Positions 57,277 through 64,000 of a stretch of 64,000 bases of DNA are shown piece after piece. Both the position numbers and the translations under genes were made by a program. The notes beneath the pieces are model-generated. The model worked only from the letters and a program-made list of their open reading frames with translations, made no database searches and was not told the DNA's origin. Within the stretch, counting starts at the first letter, position 1, and every line of letters starts with the position of its first letter. This DNA comes from Candidatus Nomurabacteria bacterium GW2011_GWA1_36_15 (GTDB lineage Bacteria > Patescibacteriota > Minisyncoccia > Phycocordibacterales > UBA9973): positions 1,398 through 65,397 of the forward strand of contig LBRM01000004.1 of assembly GCA_000991415.1 (NCBI GenBank). Direction: 5' to 3'.

Positions 57277-58908
57277 ATGAAAAACATTAAATCAAAAGTC
57301 TTATCATTCGCTATCGTTTTGTTTTTGCTTCTTTCTTTTGGCAGTTTGAATACTTCAATAGCCCAAGCTGTTGAAGCTCAGCCTGTTTGCACTCTTGAAC
57401 AAATATCCGGCAGAACCATTGTTGACCTTACTCCTTATAACGGATTACGTTCAGATTCGGATGAAGCGGCTGCTACAGGAGGACCGTTTGCTACAGTATT
57501 AGTAGCAGGAACATATGATGTAACCTTGCAGTCTTATGATAATCATACAGAGAAAAATCAAATCCAGCCAAATGAACAGTGGTATCTTATTTTGAAAGAT
57601 ATAGGAGATAGCACTATTGCCACCACTTCTGCCATTAGTGATTTACCTGACGATATAGACAACTTGACAGAAATCGTGGATACAAATTTTGTTTTAACGA
57701 GTTCTGTTACATCAGCCACAACCTATCATGATGCTTATCCAGATTCTACTAGTGCAAATAGTATCCGTCCTGTCTGTGCAGCCTTTGATTTAGTTCTTCC
57801 CCCAACCGCTACCATTGAAGCTGTAAAAATTATTTGTCCGACCGAAGATCTACTTCCGAATTGGGGAGCAGGTGGAGAAGACATAACATCCGATACTGCA
57901 AGTGCTTTTTTGGAAGCTAATCCGACTTGTTATACTGAAGATTGGACATTTGAATGGGCTCCAGACAGTACGGTAAATCCAGGCAACCAGACAGAAACGG
58001 GAGGTGAGGATTGGACTGCTTTCACTTCTAGCGCTACAGTTCCAGCAGGAGCCTTAATCTGGGTTCGCGAACAATTCAATAGTGATTACATTTCATTTAG
58101 CGGAGACACTACCGAACCCCGAGATGAAGATGTTTCCGCGGAATTTTACTGCAGTAACGATGTATTAAATTATGATAACTATGATTTTATTGACCCGGTA
58201 GAAGCAGACCAGACTTACTACTGCGTAGGATTCAATGCGCCGATAGAACAACCGACAACAAATCCGCAATGTTCCGATGATGTTGATAATGACGGGGATG
58301 AACTTATAGATTCTGCCGACCCAGGCTGTCATAGTGATGGGAATGCAAGCGATACAGAATCATATGTTCCTAGTGACAATGATGAAACGGATGAAGATGA
58401 TGACGGTGGCGGAGGTGGTGGCGGGGGAAGTGGCAGCCATACGCGATGTTCCGATAACGACGATGGATTAGTAGATAGCGCTGACCCTGGATGCCATTCT
58501 GACGGTAATGCAAGTAATGCTGACTCATACGTTCCATCTGATAGTGACGAACAAAATGGAGGTCAAGTGCTCGGCGCTCAGACTTCCTGCGGTATTTATG
58601 TTGATAAATATCTGCGCAGGGGTTATAAAAACGACGCAGAGGCGGTTAAAAAAGTACAGCTATTTTTGAATGATTACTTGAAATTAAAATTAGAAGTAGA
58701 CGGAATCTATGGGTCTAAAACCGAAGAAGCGGTAAGGGTTTTCCAGATTTTGCACAAAGATAAGATTTTAACCCCATGGGGTGTTACGGCTTCTACCGGC
58801 ATATTCTATCTGACCACTCAAACCGAGGTGAATAATATTATGTGTCCGGATTTGAACTTGCAAATTCCAAGCAACTTGATTAACTTTACCGCTAGTATGA
58901 TTAATTGA
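57277..58908 (+). CDS. secreted repeat-containing protein with C-terminal peptidoglycan-binding (PG_binding_1-like) domain
   Basis: Signal peptide; two ~40-aa Asp-rich repeats CSDxxDNDGDxLxDSADPGCHSDGNASxxxSYVPSDxDE separated by poly-Gly; C-terminus VQLFLNDYLKLKLEVDGIYGSKTEEAVRVFQ. Confidence 0.6.
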   Translation: MKNIKSKVLSFAIVLFLLLSFGSLNTSIAQAVEAQPVCTLEQISGRTIVDLTPYNGLRSDSDEAAATGGPFATVLVAGTYDVTLQSYDNHTEKNQIQPNEQWYLILKDIGDSTIATTSAISDLPDDIDNLTEIVDTNFVLTSSVTSATTYHDAYPDSTSANSIRPVCAAFDLVLPPTATIEAVKIICPTEDLLPNWGAGGEDITSDTASAFLEANPTCYTEDWTFEWAPDSTVNPGNQTETGGEDWTAFTSSATVPAGALIWVREQFNSDYISFSGDTTEPRDEDVSAEFYCSNDVLNYDNYDFIDPVEADQTYYCVGFNAPIEQPTTNPQCSDDVDNDGDELIDSADPGCHSDGNASDTESYVPSDNDETDEDDDGGGGGGGGSGSHTRCSDNDDGLVDSADPGCHSDGNASNADSYVPSDSDEQNGGQVLGAQTSCGIYVDKYLRRGYKNDAEAVKKVQLFLNDYLKLKLEVDGIYGSKTEEAVRVFQILHKDKILTPWGVTASTGIFYLTTQTEVNNIMCPDLNLQIPSNLINFTASMIN

Positions 58909-59179
58909 ATACTATTTCCTTAAATAGCTTAAAATTCTGATGAGAATCAGCCTTTTTGGCGTTGTTAATTTGCGAGTATAATTTCTAAAGGACATAATAT
59001 AAACATGTCCGATAAAGCATTGATGTTCGATAGAAAATGATAAAATTATTTTAGCAATGGGGATTTTTGTATTTTGAAGTTATACACATGTTGTATATGT
59101 TTTTGGTTTTTTTTGCTTACTTTTTGGTTGCTTTTTGATATAATAAACACCATATTATTAATAATTAATTATAAAAATT

Positions 59180-59992
59180 ATGACTAAGAAAACTTTTTTT
59201 ATTCTTTTTGTAGTCTTGTTTCTTACCGGTATTTTAACCAGTAATGCAAATGCGAATCATTCATGGAATGGATATCACTGGGCCCGTACAGGGAATCCAT
59301 TCACCTTAAAACTGGGAGATAATGTCTCTTCCTTGTGGGATAACTATCTTGGAGTTGCATCAACTGATTGGACTCTGTCATCGGTTTTAAATACTACTAT
59401 TGTATCTGGACTTGGAGGTAAAAATTGTAAACCATCTGCCGGTCGAGTTGAAGTCTGTAATAAGAAATATGGAAATAATGGCTGGCTTGGTATAGCGCAA
59501 ATATGGGTGAATGGTAGTCATATTACCCAAGCTGTTACAAAAATGAACGATACCTACTTTAATCTAAAAACTTACAATACCCCGGCATGGAAACAATTTG
59601 TGGTTTGCCAAGAAATTGGGCATACGTTCGGACTAGACCATCAAGATGAAAACTTTAGTAACGCGAACTTAGGCACTTGTATGGATTACACTAATGACCC
59701 TGACGGTACTATTAGGGGACAAATGGATAACAAACATCCCAACCAACATGATTACGATATGCTTGAAACAATTTATGCGCATCTAGACAGTTTTAGCACT
59801 CTTCTTGGTAAAATTGGGAAAACCCCTTCTGCATCTATATTGGTAGAAAAAGTAGACGATAACATTGATATTTCAAATTCGTCAGAATGGGGTAAGGTTA
59901 TAAGAAAAGGGAGTGATGGACGTAGCTCTCTCCATGAACGTGACTTAGGTAAAGGAAACAAGGTATTTACCTTTGTTATCTGGGCGGAATAG
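59180..59992 (+). CDS. secreted metzincin-like protein with variant zinc motif QEIGHTFGLDH (first His replaced by Gln) and Met-turn
   Basis: Signal peptide; QEIGHTFGLDHQ cf. matrixin HEFGHSLGLDHS; downstream CMDY Met-turn. Confidence 0.55.
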   Translation: MTKKTFFILFVVLFLTGILTSNANANHSWNGYHWARTGNPFTLKLGDNVSSLWDNYLGVASTDWTLSSVLNTTIVSGLGGKNCKPSAGRVEVCNKKYGNNGWLGIAQIWVNGSHITQAVTKMNDTYFNLKTYNTPAWKQFVVCQEIGHTFGLDHQDENFSNANLGTCMDYTNDPDGTIRGQMDNKHPNQHDYDMLETIYAHLDSFSTLLGKIGKTPSASILVEKVDDNIDISNSSEWGKVIRKGSDGRSSLHERDLGKGNKVFTFVIWAE

Positions 59993-60161
59993 AATATTTT
60001 TAGTTTAAGCAAGGACTGTCCTTGCTTAGCTCAAATAACTTCATAGATATTTATACTTTGCTTTTTAAGTTTTAAGAGATGATTCGTAGATATTTATTGT
60101 TTTTACTTATCCACACAAACTCTTGTGCTTATTTGCAGTATAGCATATAATTTAAACCAAA

Positions 60162-60180
60162 GGTACCCATATTTGGGTAC
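60162..60180. promoter_or_regulatory. inverted repeat ggtacccatatttgggtac in abiEi promoter region (candidate autoregulatory operator)
   Basis: 7-bp perfect arms, 3-nt spacer, between CATATAAT -10-like box and ATG 60206. Confidence 0.45.
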
Positions 60181-60205
60181 TAACAGAGTATACAATCACA
60201 ATACT

Positions 60206-60796
60206 ATGGAAAAAGATTACATTTTAGACCTAATGAGATCAAACAAAACAGTCTTTACTTTCAAAGATGTAATTTTACTGTGGGGAGAATCAGATATGAA
60301 TTTTGTTAAGAAAAAGATTAATCGCTATGTTAAAGCAGGTAAACTAAATGCAATACGTAGAGGTATTTATTCAAAAGACAAAAATTATGATAAATACGAA
60401 TTGGCCACAAAAATATATACTCCTTCATACATTAGTTTGGAAACAGCATTAGGCGCGGCCGGAATCACATTTCAGTTCTATGGCCAGATTTTTGCTGTCT
60501 CCTATCAAACAAAGGAAATTGAATGCGACAAACAAAAATATTCTTATCGTAAAATTAAAGATACTATTCTCACTAATCAAGCCGGTATAGAGTCAAGAGA
60601 AAATTACAATATCGCTTCGCCCGAGAGAGCATTCTTAGATGTTGTCTATCTTAATAAAGATTATCACTTTGATAATCTTTCGGCTTTGAATTGGGATAAG
60701 GTTTATGAAATTTTACCTGTTTATGGTGGTAACAAACGAATGGCAAAAATGGTGAAAATATATCATAAAGCAATGAAACAAAATTTAAAGCAATAA
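60206..60796 (+). CDS. abiEi: AbiEi-family antitoxin/transcriptional regulator (type IV TA / abortive infection)
   Basis: N-terminal wHTH FTFKDVILLWGESDMNFVKKKINRYVKAGKLNAIRRGIY; PSYISLETALGAAGI; ERAFLDVVYL - matches AbiEi conserved blocks. ORF track start 60125 probably too far upstream. Confidence 0.7.
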   Translation: MEKDYILDLMRSNKTVFTFKDVILLWGESDMNFVKKKINRYVKAGKLNAIRRGIYSKDKNYDKYELATKIYTPSYISLETALGAAGITFQFYGQIFAVSYQTKEIECDKQKYSYRKIKDTILTNQAGIESRENYNIASPERAFLDVVYLNKDYHFDNLSALNWDKVYEILPVYGGNKRMAKMVKIYHKAMKQNLKQ

Positions 60797-60823
60797 TCAT
60801 ATTTATAGTGAATTTTTTGAACT

Positions 60824-61528
60824 ATGGCTCTTAATACCGCAAAACATAAAAATATTTTCATAAAAATCCTTAAAGATATCTATACTGATTCCACTATTAG
60901 TACGATTTTAGGATTTAAAGGTGGAACAGCTGCTGCACTTTTCTATAATCTTGACCGTTTCTCGGTAGATTTGGATTTTGATTTGCTTGACGCCGAAAAA
61001 GAGGACTATGTATTTGAACGTGTCAAAGCAATACTTGAAAATTACGGAAAATTAAAGCAGGTACAGAAGAAAAGGTTTAACTTTTTTTACATCCTTTCCT
61101 ATGACGAAAAAGATATTAACGCTCAAAATATCAAGGTGGAAATCAATCGCCGTGAATTTGGCTCAAAATACGATGTGAAATCATTCCTTGGTATTTCTAT
61201 GCAGGTAATGATTAAAGAGGATATGGCCGCCCATAAGCTCTGTGCGATGTACGAGCGAATCGGTAAAACCAATCGAGATATTTTTGATGTGCAATTTATT
61301 TTGGCACATGATTGGCCGGTGAACAAAAAGATTGTTGAGATTCGTACGGGTATGACCTATAAAGATTTTATAAATAAGGCCATTGACGTTATGGAAAAAT
61401 TTAATGACAGAAATATACTTTCCGGTATGGGTGAATTATTGACCGAGAAACAAAAAACATGGGCAAGAGCAAAGCTAAAATCTGATACAATTTTCTTATT
61501 GAAAGTTATGGCTAAGTTCAACAAGTAA
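60824..61528 (+). CDS. abiEii: AbiEii/AbiGii-family nucleotidyltransferase toxin (DUF1814)
   Basis: ILGFKGGTAAALFYNLDRFSVDLDFD (GS/GGTAL...R.S.DLDF NTase core), downstream of abiEi. Confidence 0.7.
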   Translation: MALNTAKHKNIFIKILKDIYTDSTISTILGFKGGTAAALFYNLDRFSVDLDFDLLDAEKEDYVFERVKAILENYGKLKQVQKKRFNFFYILSYDEKDINAQNIKVEINRREFGSKYDVKSFLGISMQVMIKEDMAAHKLCAMYERIGKTNRDIFDVQFILAHDWPVNKKIVEIRTGMTYKDFINKAIDVMEKFNDRNILSGMGELLTEKQKTWARAKLKSDTIFLLKVMAKFNK

Positions 61529-61681
61529 GTGCAACACTTCTAGTAAATAGCAAGGACCGTTCTTACTATTTGTGTTATTTGAGAAGTGGGAGTTGTGGGT
61601 AGTTGTTGTGTAGATTATCAGATTTTTGGGTAGATTTAGTGAATACTTGTGTAGTTTTGGATAATATGATAGTATTTATTT

Positions 61682-62401
61682 ATGGAAGAGGAATTATTTA
61701 CAATCAGCCAGGCGGCTAAATATCTCGGGGTTTCTTTGAATACGTTGCGTCGTTGGGACGAAAACGGTAGATTAATTGCTATAAGAAAAGATGGAGGCAC
61801 TCATCGGTATTATCGAGAAAAAGAGTTAGAAATTTTTGCCAGCGATTTGATGAAATTTGCCTCCGAGTGGATTCAAGAAAGCGTGGAGTTTCCTAATAGG
61901 TTTTATTGTTCAACAAGCTCTATTTTCAACGCAAGACTGACAAAGATGGAGTATGAACTTATGCAAAAACCAGGTTTTGAAAAATTATACTCTTTGATTG
62001 TTTTAATTACTGGAGAAATAGGTGATAATTCATTTGCTCATAATTTGGGTAAGTGGCCTGATACAGCTGGAATTTTTTTTGGATATGATCTCGTCAAACG
62101 TATTATTGTTCTGGCGGATAGAGGATTGGGTATTTTAGAAACATTACGTCAGGTTCGACCAGAACTTCCAAGCCACGTTATGGCGGTGGAAGTTGCGTTT
62201 ACTGAATTCATTTCTGGGCGCTCACCGGAAAAGCGTGGTAATGGACTTAAGCTTGTTCGCGAGGTGGTCCTGGAGCAGTCGATTGATTTATTTTTTACGA
62301 GTGGCGATGCCGAAGTACGCATGAAAGGTTCCGGTAAGGTATTTCATGTTACGCGTGGTCAGCGTATTGTGCGAGGGTGTTTAGCAAAGATAGAGTTTTA
62401 A
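61682..62401 (+). CDS. MerR/excisionase-type HTH fused to GHKL (histidine-kinase-like, RsbW-like) ATPase domain
   Basis: N-terminus TISQAAKYLGVSLNTLRRWDENGRLIAIRKDGGTHRYYREKELEIF; GHKL N-box EIGDNSFAHN, G1 DRGLGI, G2 GNGLKLV. Confidence 0.6.
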   Translation: MEEELFTISQAAKYLGVSLNTLRRWDENGRLIAIRKDGGTHRYYREKELEIFASDLMKFASEWIQESVEFPNRFYCSTSSIFNARLTKMEYELMQKPGFEKLYSLIVLITGEIGDNSFAHNLGKWPDTAGIFFGYDLVKRIIVLADRGLGILETLRQVRPELPSHVMAVEVAFTEFISGRSPEKRGNGLKLVREVVLEQSIDLFFTSGDAEVRMKGSGKVFHVTRGQRIVRGCLAKIEF

Positions 62402-62712
62402 TAAATTTAAAAAAATATATGAAATTACAATTAGAAAAGTTTGGCAAAACATTAATATCACGGGAAGTGGGCAGTGAGGCTTTTAAGGCATTTCAGCCAA
62501 CCTTGCGTGAGTTTTCTAAAGATGAAGAGCTGGAAATAGATTTTTCTGGCGTATTAACATTATCGCCGTCCTGGGCTGATGAATTTTTAAGTCCCTTATT
62601 TGCTCTTCTGGATAATCGCTTAGTGTTTTTACCGAGCGATAATCTTTCAGTGCACGCGACGCTTAAGATTCTAGAAGAGGTTAACAAACGACCATTCAAG
62701 ATTAAATCTTAA
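62377..62712 (+). CDS. DUF4325-like STAS-domain protein (partner of preceding GHKL ATPase; 25-bp overlap)
   Basis: 111 aa; LEIDFSGVLTLSPSWADEFLSPLF resembles STAS/anti-sigma-antagonist-like DUF4325 core. Confidence 0.5.
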   Translation: MFSKDRVLINLKKYMKLQLEKFGKTLISREVGSEAFKAFQPTLREFSKDEELEIDFSGVLTLSPSWADEFLSPLFALLDNRLVFLPSDNLSVHATLKILEEVNKRPFKIKS

Positions 62713-63374
62713 CCTATTTGTTTTTAAAATATTTAAAGGATGTTGGTAAACAATGTGATGTCCGATAGAAAAATCAGTTACTAAATTTTTGTTATTAGCA
62801 CATAACATTGACAAGATGTCTAGTTTATGCTAATGTATAGTTAGTTACTTGAAAGCCCGGTGATGGACACTAGATAATTGCTTTTTATAAAGCAGTTCCC
62901 TTATTTAGTGTTCATCATCGGGCTTTTTTGTTTCTTGTTGACTAGACAAGACCTAGTCAAAGACCTAGTCAAAGCATAATATATAATGGCTATTACTATT
63001 ATACGACCTGAAGCAATAAAACGAAAGGTATGGGGATTTTATACACAGTTTATTAACAGATACTATTTGACATATTTGTGTGAAATGGCAATATAGTTCG
63101 TAGTAGTATATTCACAAACCAATGAATTGGTTTTATGGATAGAAAAATAAATCAAGATTCTTGCTGGGAACCAAGAGTATGGATATTGGAGTAAAGATAA
63201 AAGATCAAGGAATCTGATTTATGTTAAAAAAATTCTCAAGATCAATATTTACTCAATAAATATTCTATATTTATATAAAATCCTATTTGATATAGGATTC
63301 TGTTCTTTAATAAATCCGAATCGTTGTGTTTTGTATTTTATTAAATTTTTCAAAATATAGAAAGGAAAATATGT

Positions 63375-64000
63375 TATGGCAAAACTAATCATCATTGGTA
63401 GCGGGATTGTAGGTAGAGCAACGGGTGGGGGTTTTATTGCTGGAGGGCACGAGGTAGTCTTTTGTGATATTAACTTAGAAGTTTTAGCTAAGTTACAAAA
63501 TCAAGGACATAAAGTTTGTTCTCCAAATTTACTTGAACAAGAGACCAACGTGAAGGCGTTTTTCTTGGCCATATCCACACCAACCGTGGATAACAAAATC
63601 AAACTGGATTTTTTGGAATCAGCTGTCGCTAGTCTGGGGGAAGGTGCTCTAAAAAAATGCAATGACTATTGCATTGTTGTAATAAGAAGTACTGTACCAC
63701 CAAACACGATTGAAAGTACGTTGATTCCTCTTCTTGAAAAATACTCTGGGAAAAAAGCAGGCAAAGATTTTGGTGTCTGCATGAATCCAGAATATTTAAG
63801 AGAAAATAGCAACGAAGAAGATTTCAAAAATCCATGGATTATCGTTATCGGCGAACTGGATATCAAGTCGGGTAAAGTACTTGACGAGATATACGGCCCG
63901 CGTGATTGTCCGATTATTCACACCTCAATCAAGGAAGCGGAGGCGCAAAAATATATCCACAACCTCTTCAACGCCTGTAAAATTTCGTTTTTTAACGAGA
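63375..64000 (+). CDS. ugd: UDP-glucose/GDP-mannose 6-dehydrogenase family protein, N-terminal part (runs off window)
   Basis: Rossmann IIIGSGIVGRATGG; NPEYLRENSNEEDFKNP (cf. NPEFLREGSAIxDF); AAAGGA RBS before ATG. Confidence 0.7.

Noticed and set aside
60125-60205. First 27 codons of AbiEi track ORF (MLICSIAYNL...)
   Set aside because: Span covers a -10-like box and an inverted-repeat operator; homologous AbiEi alignment begins at M at 60206.
62938-62975. ttgactagacaagacctagtcaaagacctagtcaaag repeats (TTGACTAG/CTAGTCAA palindromic units)
   Set aside because: Noted as a possible operator downstream of a long hairpin terminator, but a single occurrence with no associated gene logic; not reported as a feature.
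1-64000. Search for CRISPR arrays, transposases and integrases
   Set aside because: No regularly spaced direct repeats with unique spacers, no DDE, Tyr or Ser recombinase motifs seen; the only RT is the DGR RT.

Overview
This low-GC, gene-dense window is mostly housekeeping loci typical of a reduced Patescibacteria (CPR)-like genome. They include pheS, pheT, gyrB, thrS, rpmF, a nusB-Nudix fusion, rnc, smc, rnr, rpsP, trmD, rpoB, rpoC, dnaG, rpoD, tsf, rpsB, proS, mreB, mreC, tgt, speA, nrdJ, RNase P RNA and tRNA-Thr. Several accessory islands are interleaved with them.

- **Diversity-generating retroelement (7.8-10.4 kb).** A target gene carries a C-terminal variable region. An adenine-rich, Asn-codon-rich template repeat lies about 380 bp downstream. 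A four-helix-bundle Avd-like gene sits on the opposite strand. A reverse transcriptase with the (I/L)GxxxSQ and YADD signatures follows.
- **Repeated promoter, 5' hairpin and leader module.** A roughly 135-bp unit lies immediately upstream of three unrelated genes: nusB, rpoB and a secreted protein.
- **Orphan toxin pair.** A MazF/PemK toxin sits 5 bp downstream of rpoC, followed by an ART-fold (PARP/Tpt1-like) protein.
- **Disrupted dnaG.** A perfect 19-bp tandem duplication interrupts the primase gene.
- **Copper-homeostasis island.** It contains CsoR, SHOCT, DUF302, an unannotated small TRASH protein and a CopA P1B-ATPase.
- **Envelope and disulfide cluster.** A GT2 processive glycosyltransferase, a CxxC thioredoxin-like protein, DUF1573 and a CcdA-like protein are grouped together.
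- **Terminal accessory region (57-63 kb).** It carries a secreted repeat protein with a peptidoglycan-binding domain, a metzincin-like protein with a QExxH variant, and an AbiEi/AbiEii module. It also carries an overlapping pair of an HTH-GHKL ATPase with a DUF4325 STAS-like partner, and a recurring SD-plus-ATGTCCGATAGA motif.

No CRISPR arrays or transposases were found.
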